Below are positions 12,249 to 63,680 of a DNA stretch of 64,000 nucleotides, in pieces. The notes under the pieces were generated by a model. That model did not search any database, was not told the origin of the DNA, and saw nothing but the letters and a program-made list of their open reading frames with translations. A program made the position numbers and the translations under genes. Position 1 is the first letter of the stretch; the number at the start of each line of letters is the position of its first letter. Where the stretch lies: the NCBI RefSeq assembly GCF_018977255.1, contig NW_024704749.1, positions 17,794,001 to 17,858,000 on the forward strand, read 5' to 3'. Source of the DNA: Callorhinchus milii. Lineage: Eukaryota.

Positions 12249-13239
12249 GTAGGTGCTCACACTGAGGGAGGGGGTGAGGGAGTGTGTGAGGGGGGGGGGG
12301 GCTTGACTTACACTGTCAGACACTGTAAATTCTACGTTCAAAATCACTGCATCTTTTATATTAATCAAAAAAAAATTTTAAAAAAATTTGTGGGGGGTCG
12401 GTTTAGTTTTAATGTCCCGTTCAATTAAAAACAAACCGGGGCGGTGGGAGGGGGGATTAGGATTCGATTAGAAAGTTTTTAACGTTGTCGTCTCTTTTCA
12501 GGTTTTTTTTTCTTTCTGTTAAAGGGTTGAAGAGGTTTCCCCCCCCTCCCCCCCCTGGGGGAGGAAATGGAGGCGGGGGGGGGGGTGGGGGGGCGAGGAG
12601 AGGGGTTTGGGGTGTGGGGGGGGAGAGAGGAATAAGAAATAATAATAATGAGAGAGAGAGAAATGAAACCGTTTTTTTTAAATCTGTTTAAATTCGGGGT
12701 TTTTTTTTGGGGGGGGGGGGACGTTGACGCCCAGTTACACTGAGAGGGGGGGAGAGAGAGAGAGAGAGGGAGTGAAGGAATATAGAACTTAAACAAATAA
12801 TAATGATTTGAAGGTCTTCGTTTTAAACTGTCAGTTGACAAGTGGGAGGGAAGGGAAGGGGGAGAGAAAAAAAAACCCTGAGCTTTTTTTCTCTGTGTCC
12901 CAACCGCCAGAAAGAAGTCAGGTTGTGGTCAAATAATGTGGTGGTAAAACGATGGCGAATGTCCTTTCCTTTGCACGGCGGGGGGTTGGGCTTCTCGAAA
13001 TTGGCGTTCGATGCCCTTATTTATTTTGTATATATTATATATATTTCTGTCAGAGATAAGTCGGTCGGGGGGTGGGGGGGGGGGGTCCTCCTCCCTCTCC
13101 CGTTTGTTTTCGTGGTGTGTGTTGTGTGTTTTTTTTCTCTCTCACTCTCTCGACCACAACGAGCCTTAAAATGGCTGCGGGGGAGGGTTTTCCTGCGGCT
13201 CTGACCGCGACAAGGTCAGTCAGGGAGCCCCAAAACATG

Positions 13240-13310
13240 CACACACACACATATATATATATATCTATATATATATATGTGTGTGTACATATATATATGT
13301 GTACACACAC
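13240..13310. repeat. (CA)n/(TA)n/(TG)n compound microsatellite
   Basis: Read directly from the sequence. Confidence 0.9.
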
Positions 13311-13627
13311 ATTAACTCTCAGCGTTTTTAGAGCATTCCTGAGAGAAAATCTTGTTGTTTTCTCTCCCCCCCCAAAAAAAAATGTTGGGCTTTTTTTGAG
13401 GGTGGGGGGTGGGTGGGGGTTGTTGAGTGGGTGGGTTGGGTTTGGGAGAGAAGGTAAGAGGAAGATGGTGGTGGCGATGCATCAGCTGAACCTTTCTTCG
13501 CTTTCCTTCTCCTCATTCCCTCCGCCCCAGTTACTCACACTTGTAACAGGAGAATTTGGGCAGATTTCTTTTTCTCTTCTCTCTCTCTCTCTCTCTCTCT
13601 GGGTGCAGGATGTGGGTGGGAGGAATG

Positions 13628-13765
13628 CAGCAACAACAACAGCAACAGGATTGCATTTATAGAGCGCCTTTCACGTCGGGAGGACGTCCAGAGGCGCTGG
13701 ACAGTTGGGTCGGGACCCGAGCAGTGGGGGGAAATGGTCAGGGCGAGGGGAGGGAAGGGAGGGAG
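13628..13765 (-). mobile_element. L2-type LINE 3' tail
   Basis: caacaacaacagcaacaggattgcatttatagagcgcctttcacgtcgggaggacgtcc, the reverse complement of the L2 tail. Confidence 0.75.
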
Positions 13766-14154
13766 CGAGGAGGGGAGGGAGCGAGGAGGGGGTAGAGAGA
13801 GTCGAGTGGGGAGCAAGGAGGGGGTAGAGAGAGTCGAGTGGGGAGCGAGGAGGGGGTTGGAGAGTCGAGAGGGGAGCGAGGAGGGAGTTGGAGAGTCGAG
13901 AGGGGAGCGAGGAGGGGGTTGGAGAGTCGAGAGGGGAGCGAGGAGGGGGTTGGAGAGTCGAGAGGGGAGCGAGGAGGGGGTGGAGAGTCGAGAGGGGAGC
14001 GAGGAGGGGGTTGGAGAGTCGAGAGGGGAGCGAGGAGGGGGTTGGAGAGTCGAGAGGGGAGCGAGGAGGGGGTTGGAGAGTCGAGAGGGGAGCGAGGAGG
14101 GGGTTGGAGAGTCGAGAGGGGAGCGAGGAGGGGGTTGGAGAGTCGAGAGGGGAG
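13766..14154 (+). repeat. 31-bp purine-rich minisatellite, about 12 copies (GGAGAGTCGAGAGGGGAGCGAGGAGGGGGTT)
   Basis: Read directly. It accounts for the overlapping repetitive ORFs at 13535-14295. Confidence 0.97.
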
Positions 14155-17100
14155 CTGAAGGCACGGTTGAAGAGAAGGGTGATGCGGTATTTTGCACCAG
14201 AAGAAAATATTCCAGCAACAGCTGCTTTGCACACAGTGTTTGTGTTAGAAGCAATCATTCGTTGTGTTGAAGATGATGAGTTGCCTATGATATGAAGGTG
14301 TTGTGCTGGAAAAATCCGATCTAAATTAAAAAAAAATATTTGTTAGATTTAACATTAAACTAACGTAAATTGAGCGTAAACGTTTTTAATGGCTGACAGT
14401 CAGAATTATCAGGGGAAAGGGAGGGAGGGGGAAGTGGACAGTGAAAGGAATAATAATAATAATCCCAAACCCACCATAATCCGACCAAACAAGGATACTG
14501 AAGATGGTGAGCATTTGTAGACTGTCAATTTTCAGCAGGTTATTCAAAATATTGCAAGGTTATATGGAGGGGGGGAGAGAGCGATCGAAATAGAGATTAA
14601 TGAAAGTACTTAAAAAGGCAAAATAATAGAGCAAGCCCCTTTTCCCCCCATTCCAGTATTATTGCATTGGCGCTGATCCTTGAAAGATTCTAGCGACAGT
14701 TGCACAGAGCATTAGTGTTAGAAAAAAAATCTTATTTTGTTGATTGTGATTTCTTTGCGATATTCCCTACAAATGCGTTGTGTTAGAAAATCCAATCTAA
14801 ATCGCGTTTTTTCTGCTTAAATTTAATGTTAAAGCAGGTTAAAAAAAGAAGCTTTATTGTCCTTTACAAAAATTGAGAGCGATGGCAGGGTGGGGCAGCA
14901 GGTTATAAATTACAATGCAAATTGTAGGTAAATAACAATAATCATTGTGCTGAATCATAAAATCATACAGCACAGAAGGAGGTCATTCGGCCCATCGTGA
15001 ATAGACAGATATTTATTCTTTATTTTATTTCCCCCCGAAATCAAATGAGCAGCTTTTAGTCCAAGGGATTGAAAAAATGCATAATCTATTCTAATGTCCT
15101 TTTCTCTCAGAATTTATGCACAAGGTAACTGATGAGATTTCATTATTCAACAAACCTCTTGAATAGCAAATATTGATAATAACTATTTGTAGGCATAATA
15201 ATTTGCAGAAGTAAAGAGCATTTTTAATAAGGATCTGTTGACTCTAATGCAAATGGGTAATGCAAGACTTTGGAACACTCAATGTATTTAATCATTGCAC
15301 TTTGGCTTTGTATGACATCAACTTCATTTATAAAAGCCTTGGGAAGACTTACATAACTGGAAAGAATTTGAAAAGCGTGGATACCATAAATTGCCTTGCT
15401 CTATTTAATGTGGAGCAGTGTAAAGAAAATAAAAAATGTGCAGTCTTTTTTAATATAAATGTGTTGCATACGTAATCAAGTTATTACAAGAATCGAGGAG
15501 GGGAATATTTTATACTTGAGTGGGTATATATAGTGCAATGGAGAAAAGGACACGGGAACAAATTCATATTGTCGTTTGAAGAGGATAGCACAGTCAGTAA
15601 TGGTTGGAATTTATAATGAAATTGGTGTTTGAACATAGACTATAATTTGCCTTAAGTTTTTTTTATATTACAAAATACGACCACATTTAATAGGAATTGA
15701 CTGTTTTGTTTTGCATGTATAATTTTTTAAGATGGAAGGGTTATTGTGGAAGGGTTTTAGAGTGTGAGTTTTTTTTGAGGAGGAATATACTTGCAGCCTA
15801 AAAGATAGTGGCTCGATGGGATTGGATAAGAGCTGTATTTTTTCAAAAAAAAGAGAAATTTATTGTGGGCTGGAAGAGAATGCTGCAGTAAACCTATTAG
15901 GTCTACTGCGCCACTGCAAAATTGGGCAGTGCCCAACAAGGTCAGGGTAACATTAGTGTTTATAACCAAACTGTCGGGAAATAATCATTCCTTTTTTTAA
16001 CTGTTTTAAAGATATAAAGGCAGTTTTTTAAAAAAAATGAATGTAAGATACTTTTATAATTTATAGTTTAAACCTGAGAATAGATTAGACTAGTCACAGG
16101 AGAGCCCTGGAATCTCATTGTGAATTTTGATGCATATGAAACTAAGAACTCTTTATATGAAAAAAACTGGTTGTGATTGGAGCGCCTCATATTGTTTTTT
16201 GTCTGTAAATTATGAACAGAAAACATGCATCTGAAAACTCAGCAACTGGTGTGGAAAAACTGGAAAAATTGTATGATATTTGCAAAATGGTCTTTTACAG
16301 CACAAAGCTGAAAGCTGTCTGTATATAGATTCGATGCGTTTTGTGAAATACTATGCTCTAATTTAGTATATTGACATATGCTATAAAATAGTAACTGGTT
16401 TATTAAACAGCGAGCATCGTCCCAACATGTTGTCGTCATTCCGCAAAACCAAGTTGCAGGTAATTTGTATGTGTGATGCGTGTGCAATGCAGCCGGCTGC
16501 ATTTTCGCATTGGTGTGTACTACTACTGCATTTTAATAGGAATGTTTTGGGTTGCGATCACTGTGTGATGCATGGCTGCATGTTTGACAAGGTTTGGTTT
16601 TCGTGAGCTGTGACTAATCGAGATTGTGTGGTTTGGAGCAACAATTTCATTTCTGTGCCAGCTCACAAATTGTTTTGTAAGTTGTTATCGTACTACCCTT
16701 GGAATTTAATCACACCGGTGTATCATTAGGTACTTTGTTATAGTGCTGCCCCTTTTATAGCGCGATTCTCCTGTGACCCCTCGCCCGTCACTTCCTGTGT
16801 AGTTGTAATCAGAAGGCAATGCTGCGCGGGAGGTGTCTTTGTGGCAACCCAATGAGTTGCCGGAGCACAGACATTTTTCTCACCTCAAACAAGCGCTGAG
16901 TCTTTGGTTCACAAGGATATACTGCAAAGTGAAGTGACTGTGTATCCTGTAGGCGAATGATGACTACTGAGAGGGTGAGGAGAAGAGGGTCAGGGCTTAA
17001 CAACGATTTGGATAGGATAAATATGAGTTTTGCTTGTTTTTATTTGTCAGGGAAGGGGAATTTCAAGGACCCGTAGTATTTATACACCCCTCAAGATGAA

Positions 17101-18929
17101 ATGTAGCATCATTGGTAGGATAAACTATATATTCTGTGCAAGGAATGGTCAACTAGTCTGGCATACACACTATCTCGGTTACACAATTCCCACTTGGATG
17201 AGAGTGCCTGACGAACCAGTATGAGATACCGTCTTTAGAAGAGAAATGTTTGAATATATTTATTAGGTTCGCTCCATGATTAAGACCTCACTGTTGGTGA
17301 GAGTTTTTTTCTGAAAATGTTTGACATATCTTGGCTTTCTGAGCTTTCATTTCTGGTATACTGGGTGGAACATTCTGGCAAGCAGCTGTTTTATCAGGTT
17401 GGGCCAGATTGCACTGGGAGTAGCCGATCTTTGTACGCTGCACAGTTTATTGCTGTTGCCCTGTAGGAAATGGCAGTGTGAACAAACTACATTGGAATGC
17501 AGCATTAACCTTTCTATCAGTATGTGATCTACTTTGACATTGAAGGTGGAGGGTTATGTGAACCGAACGTAGTGTTCCATATCAGCAGTAATTTAATTTT
17601 CTACTCGTCCAAATTCAGTATTGTACCAAAAGATAATTTTATTTGTATATTGGTGTGCGTAATGAGGGGTGAGGAGTGGGCATCATAATTGTGCCCATTC
17701 CTACGCTCATCTGAAATCCACATACATTTCAAGCTGGATAACTGCAGGACAGTGTGGCCAATTGTCCTGCGCAAACTACTGCTTCAGCTGAGATCAGCTA
17801 ACTCAGCACAAGAGTTGAACCTGCAATTTTCTGGTCTGTACCAGATAATTGGACAAACATGTTTTGTAAATGGGAATGGTGGGAGTAACCAAACTCTTCA
17901 TCTTTCATATTTGAACTAAAGCTAAATGCCGTTGTTGTGTTTTTTTATTCTGGTAGATTTATTTTGTCACATCTCCGCAGTAGCCAATGCAGTAAAATAC
18001 TGCTTACATCAGCTGATTCACAGTAGAAATGCTGACTGAATGCTTTGGTACAGACGGGTTCAACACTTCAAATGAAAAAGGTTGATTACTTAAACTGCGA
18101 AAAATATAAAGCATTTTGTTTGCACTCTGCTGCTGCATAGCATAGTGTACTTAAAATAAAGAGTAACTAAGAAATATTTTAACTAGCAAATGGGCAAATA
18201 AGTAATCTTTCAAAAGATGAAGTAATGAAGTTGATACCGTGATTCGTTGGAATAAATAATAGCCTCATTTGTCTAATCCTGACAAGCAAACCTTTGGGAC
18301 AATTGGAATGTATTGCTGGCTGTCTCTCCAGAATGATCTGGAATTTTCCAGTTCGTATTAGGGTTGTGTAGGAAAAATATTCTTGTTTGCTTAAGATGTG
18401 CTGAATGAGCCAACGGATGCAATAGATTGGTTGATGAAATTTGTCTCTCTTTATGGGGAATGAGAGTGGGTGAGTGCAGCTGTGTTTTTTAAAGGATGTT
18501 GTTTGAAAAGTTATGAAGAGCTATCCTTGGTCCAGTATGAATAGAATTCAGAACAGGGTGATTAATGTGATGCATTACTGTTTTTCAACTAGGCTTTGCT
18601 GTCATGAATGGATTCAGATAGAAGATTAGAAACAACAAAGAGGAGTGATTTTCTGTTGTGGTGGACACTAGATAAAAAGTGCTAGTTTGCTGAACATCTC
18701 ATCCATAATAACAGTGATATATTCTGGAATGGTGATATATTCTGGAATGAGTCGAAGCTGCAAAGCTAGAGATTGTTGTCCAACTGTTTTTCACTTGAAT
18801 TAGCTTTTCTTTCTACATTTGGACAATCTTGGCATCGTGGATCAAAAATTTTATTCAGAGTGTTTAAGAAAACGGTTAGGGGGTTGCCTTCAAATATGTT
18901 CCTTCAGAAATAAATGAATAATAAATTGG

Positions 18930-19078
18930 TCGCGCAATCCACAACTATTTGTGGGACACTGATGTGTGCAATTGGCTGCTACGTTTCGCCCATAAAATAT
19001 ACAGTACGTTCTGTGAAGTGCTTTGAGGTGTTCCAAAGATGTGATAAGGTGCTATATCAAATGCAAGGATTATTATAA
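18930..19078 (+). mobile_element. SINE 3' fragment
   Basis: tttgtgggacactgatgtgtgcaattggctgc...gtgctatatcaaatgcaaggattatta. Confidence 0.8.
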
Positions 19079-19260
19079 ATACTCAGACTAGCACCGTTGC
19101 CTTCTAACTGTCATTGACCACATCATATTGATGCAAGTTTGGTTTTGCTGCTTAAGTAAACAGACATAAGGTTCTGAAAACATAACCTGTTTGTCACCAT
19201 TCCTGAAGACTGAAGTAAAATGTGTTTGGGATATTTGTCTTTTAGTTTTTGCTTCTAAAT

Positions 19261-20153
19261 TAGATTTTCTTTTTCGTATAGAGACTTATAATGCTGCAGA
19301 GGAGTTTAATGATGAGTGTATTATGGCAGGCATTACATGGAGAAATGCTCATTGAAGCGCTCTGGGACTGTGTGAGGGACGTCCTCTCGACGTGAAAGGC
19401 GCTATAAAATGTAACCTTGTTGTTTTAAATGCAAGTTGTTGGAACTAAAGTTGAAACGAGAATATTAGCCTTTGTGTTATTTTTCTGGGTAAGAAGGATA
19501 CAGCAGTGGAAATATAGATGTGGTGACTGGACTCTGGAGTGGACTAGAATTCAGCTGGGGAAACGTTTCACATTTTTGATTAGTGTGTGATATTGCATTA
19601 GTTCCTGATGCTTTGAATCTTACCGTGGTGAGTAGGAAAATATGGACAATTTCCAAGTCATTAGGTTACCACTGACGTCTTGCTAGATTTGCTTTTTCGT
19701 AGATGTAGATCTGGTAACTTTATGCCTTCTAATGGACCAAGTAGTTTCTTGCGCTAAAACATTGCTAACTACTCGGTTGCCAAGTTACTACCGACATCAC
19801 TTCTTGTACGATGTGTGTAGGAGCGCGGCTGACGTGTATTTGTGAAGAGAGTGATGACTGCAACAGTTCTTATGATCTGTAAATTGGCTTTTGGAAGACA
19901 GATTTATAATGCTGCAAAGGAGGTTTGTGATGAACTTTTTTATGGCAAGTGTTACATGGAGAAATGCTTTTCGAACTGAGATTGAAACCAGAATGATTAG
20001 CCTTTTGTATTTTTCTGAATAAGAAATGTACAGCCGTGCAAATGTGGGTGACTGGAGTGTGGACTGAAATTCAACTGGGGAAATATTTAATATTTTGATA
20101 AGTATGTCATGTTGCATCAGTAATCAAATTTGATAAGTGTGTGATATAACATT
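19261..20153 (+). repeat. Diverged local tandem duplication (two copies, each with an extra internal segment)
   Basis: Shared blocks: tagattt.ctttttcgta (19261/19684), ttataatgctgca (19286/19904), ttacatggagaaatgct, ggtgactgga, gtggact and aattca.ctgggga. Confidence 0.8.
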
Positions 20154-20634
20154 ATTCTAATTTGTAGAATTAGTATGGAAGCTCAAAGGCCACTAAGCAG
20201 TTGTATGTTGGCAGCAATATCTGGGGTGTGGTCTTGCTGCTTTGGAATGTATGGAATCTAAAGCCACCCTTCTAGGAGTTGTACTTGTATTCTGTTATGT
20301 GATTCTGAACACTTGTTTTTAATTATTACTTAAATCTGGTGAAGCAAGCAACTGTACAGAAAGGTACACACTTGGGCAGATTTAATCGTATATTTTGTAT
20401 ATATTGATAACGATTGCATGCTTTATTCTGCATAATTTGTGTTAATCTGAATTAGCTAAATCAAAGATTAAATGTAGGGCATATCCATTAGGATGGATTT
20501 AGTTATCCTAATGTCTAAATAAGAAACCAGTGGAAGTAAACTGTGTAGACTACGCTCTTTTTCAGTGCAAGTGATCAGTTTGCATGAAATTAAACCATTT
20601 TTGTATTTTTGACCCCGCCCGCTCTCAACAGAAA

Positions 20635-59592
<38,958 letters not shown>

Positions 59593-59767
59593 TGCTAATG
59601 GCTTTGAATCTAGGCGTAACTGCTAACATTAGCTCTGCATGTCTGCGTCTAATCTCTGTGCATCTATAAAACGTTCCGTCAAACTTTACTGAACTAGGTT
59701 GCTTGTGCTTCTGCTTGAAATTTGTTTTTTTACTATTGCTAAAATCTGTAATGCAGTGTGCTTAACA

Positions 59768-59773
59768 AATAAA
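59768..59773 (+). terminator. SPTAN1 polyadenylation signal (AATAAA)
   Basis: About 175 nt after the stop codon, followed by GT-rich tttgtttgcagttttgtt. Confidence 0.7.
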
Positions 59774-59929
59774 CACTACTGACTCGAACTGGAATTTGTT
59801 TGCAGTTTTGTTAGACACGAGTGGGTCAGTACTGCCGGGAGACCAGTTTTACTGCTGAGTTTCATTTCCTGCGTTAGTGCATTGCATCTTACAGGTGCAG
59901 TTATTTTCCCTCCTCCCATTATTACAGCA

Positions 59930-59935
59930 TTTATT
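59930..59935 (-). terminator. Candidate DYNC2I2 polyadenylation signal (AATAAA on minus strand)
   Basis: tttatt on the plus strand, about 330 nt past the DYNC2I2 stop. ATTAAA variants are adjacent. Confidence 0.55.
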
Positions 59936-60267
59936 TTAATGTGGGTCTTTTATATAATACATTTAAGTTTTTAATACCCTTATTAGTAAAATTAATAACC
60001 AGCAGATTACTAACGACTTTAAAGTTGGTATGAAAAGTAAGTATAAACCTAAATGAATAGAACAGTCTCCTCTTCCCCTCCGAAATAAATGTCAAGGCAA
60101 CTTAATTTCAATGACGGACAATATTTAAAGAACTGATCTTTATATTCGGCAATTAATATTTAAATATACATATAAATAAAACAAAGCCAGTCGTGTAGAA
60201 CATAGAACAAAAAAAAATGAAATTTACATTAGTTAATTCATCCATCAAATCTTTCCTGTCCTTACTG

Positions 60268-63200
60268 TCAATCAGCCACTTCATTAGCCAGTTTCTCCAG
60301 CAGGATCATTTCCCTTGGGCCTTGCTCTGTCAGTTCCGCACTCAACTGCCAGATTTTCACACTTCCTTCTGCGTTACCGGCGGCAAGAAGCTGGGGTTGT
60401 TTAGGGTTAAACTCCAAACAGTACATTGGCTTCCTCTCGGCACCCTGGATTGAAACTGCAGGACGCAGAGAGCTCTGTCCAAGGTCGAAAATCAACACCG
60501 TTCCTGTGGGAATCAAAGCAAATCGGTTTCCGCAATCTGCTCCAGGGTTTAAAATTTCATCCTGTAAGAAGCGGGCGTGGCCTTGAGTGTTTTGGGACGA
60601 GGCAGAAATGGGAAACATATGAGGTTAAATTAGGGACATGACTTACGATGGTTGCCAAGGATGGAAAAGGCCAAAGAGGGAGATACACTAGACTTAAAAA
60701 CACTCCTTAATAATGCATCGGGCTGGTGGGAGAAGCGAGCTGTAATAAGGCAATGGACAAAGCGAGAGCGCAAGAGAAAATGGGAGCGCCGTCTCCTGGG
60801 TAAAACCCGTCTCCTTCCCATGTCCCTCCCTTTCTCCACTTCGTGTTCCTTGCCCTTTTGTCTCTCTCCTTCCTTCCTCCCCTCTCTGGAAATATCTGCT
60901 TCACCCTGACGACAACATCACTGGATTGAAAGGAAATTTTGAAAAATAAAACCTTCATAAAAAGATCTTTAAAATGTACTTTTTTTGAGGTTTTGATTTG
61001 TTTCCACGAGCATTTACTTTCACCCATAAACCGTTTTGTAAGGTAAGTTAGAAAAAAACAATTTTTCCATTCTACATCCACTTTTATCAAAACAGAAATG
61101 CTGGAGATGGACAAGGAGCTGAATCTTTTTTTAAAAAACAAAACCTGAAACAATAACCAGTCAAAAATCTACACGATGGGTGATCCATTGACTTACCCTC
61201 CCCTGTCACTGCAGCAAAGACCAGAGGACGCACCAATGACCAGCGGACACTGAACAGGTACGTTTGGGATAACTGGAGGGAGAGAAGTGGCTCGGCCTGT
61301 AACATGGAGTAAAGGTGGACGTGACCATCAGTCCCCGCTGTCAGAAAAAGGTTTCTGGAAGATAAGTTCCCACACGGATTAGACAAGCTTGCGGTCATGA
61401 AATGTCACAATATCCCTATTAAATTTAACTTGCGCATCAGTGCAACCTTAGAATTACAGATTATTCAGTCTGTCATGTTGTAAATAGATTTAAATACCAC
61501 AATGATTAATAATAATCCTTGCATTCGATACAGCGCTTTTCACATCTTCTCGACATCTCAAAGCACTTCACAGAATAGACTGTGAAGTGAATTGACTGTA
61601 TATTTGTGGGCAAAACGCGGCAGCCAATTGCGCACAGCAATGTCCCACAAACAGTTGTGCATTGAAAATGACCAATTTATTTTTTTTGTTGCTTTGTTTG
61701 GAGGCATTATTATTAGGCTGTGTGTGGAGTAAGGAAACTTGCCCAAGGTTTCGCTCTGCCTGGAATTGAACCCAGGTGTCTCGCTTGCAAGGCGAGTGCT
61801 CTAACCACTGAGCTACAGGACTCCAACTTAACTGCTCTTTAAAAACAAACATCGGTTTACATTAAGCTTCCACTGCACCATGAGTGGTGTTGCATTATGA
61901 TCAAGTGAAAGTATTTGATACTGACCTGTGGAATGGTGAGCAATCAACAGCGTGCACAGGACCACAGTGAGGGGAGAAGGTGAACTGAGCTGGAGCTTTA
62001 AGTGGGACAGAACTGGTGAGAGAACTCAGTGCTGTATGGGTCACTACCTCTGTCGAACATTTCAACACGTAACCACCTTCTACACCTGCTACGAATACGG
62101 TCTGGTCCCAGTGAGAGAAAGAGAGAGCGGTCACACCAACTGGAGTCTCTCCGCGAGCCTGTGGGCGAGTTAAAGATAAAATACAAAAGAAAGGATGAAG
62201 GTAATTTCTACAAAAACACACATGCAGACAGAAAGTGAAATCCTTTCCTTGGAAGAGGGATTGCTGAAGCTGTGCAGTTACACAGAAACATGTTGGAGGT
62301 TGGATTGTAGCCAATTTCAGAACCAATCCTATCCAGTAGATTAAGTGCCTCTGCAGGATGATGAACACAGGGCAGATTGGTTAAACCCACATCAATTATT
62401 GAGATAACCCAGATCACCATTATCAGTGACAGAGATATTGCTCATACCCCAGCCCTCAATTTAATAAGTTATTTTTCCCTAATAGGTACTTTGTCCACCA
62501 CTAAGTATCTCTTCCCCAGCTGCTCTTAAACTAAATACAAGAGCCGCATACCAGCTGAATGATACTCAGATTTCTCCTCCGAGGCAACATCCAGTTGGCA
62601 AAGATTAGGAATGTGGGTGGAAATCACATAAGCAAACACACATCCCACTGCTCTCTGCTGCAATACCACGCTCTGCACTGCTCTGTTATGGGACTGAGTC
62701 TTTCAGTCTCAGAGCATAAACTCTGTAATAATAGTAGATGAAGTTCAGGTTGTTGGTCAGGGTACAAATAAGGTAGCAAAGTAACCCAATTTAAGGGAGT
62801 GTAAATTACAAACACGGGTATTGTAGAATTGTACAATTTAAAAGCCCCAAAGGTTACAACATGAGCACAAAGAAGCTGAATACAGCTGCTGCTCAGGGCG
62901 ACACCCTCGAGTGTATTGAAGTCACAGTAAAACAAAGAGCTGAGTGGGTTAGAGACCGGCTTTTCTTCTGTTTGTAACCAGATGAAGACATGTTCCTCTG
63001 GACAGCACACATTCCTCCTGAAAGGCATGTCATGTTGGGCTATACTCTTACTCCCAATTTTTCATTGTGTGTGACCTCAAACAGTGAGTAAGGGCAGAAT
63101 ATTCCCCTGCATGAAGGGCATCATTGGCAAGCCTAACAACAACAACCTGCACTATGCCGCCACCCAGGGAAGTGTCGCAGAGCGCTTAGCAGAAGATGGC

Positions 63201-63680
63201 TTCTCCCTGGACCAATTCTCATGTAGGCCCATCCCTGAAACCTCTCTCTCTTTCTGATACTCGTTCTTTCCATCGTTTCTCTTGCTGTTCCCAATGCTCA
63301 GAATAAACTATTGCTGCACAAATATAAGCTTTAGACCTTTACCTGCTTTTAAGCTACAGTTAATAATTAGGGCCCAACTGGGGGGGATGGGGGGGAAGAA
63401 AGTATCAGGCGAATAGGGACCTGGAACATGCTGGAGAGGCAGCGACTGAACCTCTGATACACGGACTTGAAAGCAACAACAACAAATTATTTACAGTACA
63501 AACGCCACTGACCTTGTTTAGCTTCACGTTTCGTGGCATCTCCTGGACAATCAGAGCGTATCCGTCCTGCACCGTGAGCCTGCCTCGCGCATCCATCTGC
63601 CAGATCAGAATCTTCCCGTCGGTGCTGGCACTCAGGACACGCACCCGATTGTTGCGGCCCGAGCTCGGAATCCATCGCAC
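60268..63680 (-). CDS. DYNC2I2: Dynein-2 intermediate chain 2 (WDR34), last 4 coding exons; 5' exons lie beyond the window
   Basis: Minus-strand exons 63680-63513, 62158-61926, 61354-61197, 60503-60268 (TGA), GT-AG and phase-consistent. WD40 peptides [72 protein letters not shown] and [17 protein letters not shown]. Conserved GLE1-SPTAN1-WDR34 synteny supports the call. Confidence 0.95.
61507..61824 (-). mobile_element. Full-length tRNA-derived SINE
   Basis: Minus-strand head ggagtcctgTAGCTCAGTGGttagagcactcgccttgcaagcgagacacctgGGTTCAATTCCagg (intact A and B boxes, TGC in the anticodon-like loop), Deu-type 3' part, (ATT)n tail. Confidence 0.92.

Larger units (their letters stand above)
11940..12250 (+). 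promoter_or_regulatory. CpG-rich promoter region of SPTAN1
   Basis: The most CpG-dense stretch between GLE1 and the SPTAN1 ATG exon. CCAAT at 11946-11950, GC box GGGGCGGG at 12191-12198, downstream donor-like ctg|gtaggt at 12248/12249. Confidence 0.65.

Noticed and set aside
12479-13662. ORFs of 120-196 aa in the G-rich region after the promoter
   Set aside because: Built from homopolymer runs and microsatellites, with no recognisable protein features.
13535-14295. Several long overlapping ORFs (up to 239 aa) on both strands
   Set aside because: Products of the stop-free 31-bp minisatellite, with low-complexity translations.
18714-18749. Perfect 18-bp tandem duplication (gtgatatattctggaatg x2)
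   Set aside because: An ordinary slippage-type duplication with no sign of function.
19900-20020. Possible C/D-box snoRNA (GTGATGA ... CTGA) in the duplicated intronic unit
   Set aside because: No terminal stem, no recognisable guide sequence, and the other copy is interrupted by an L2 tail.
61750-61824. tRNA-Ala(TGC)-like sequence on the minus strand (also at 11450 and 24969 on plus)
   Set aside because: It is the head of a SINE: it runs into the SINE body and (ATT)n tail and lacks a proper acceptor stem.
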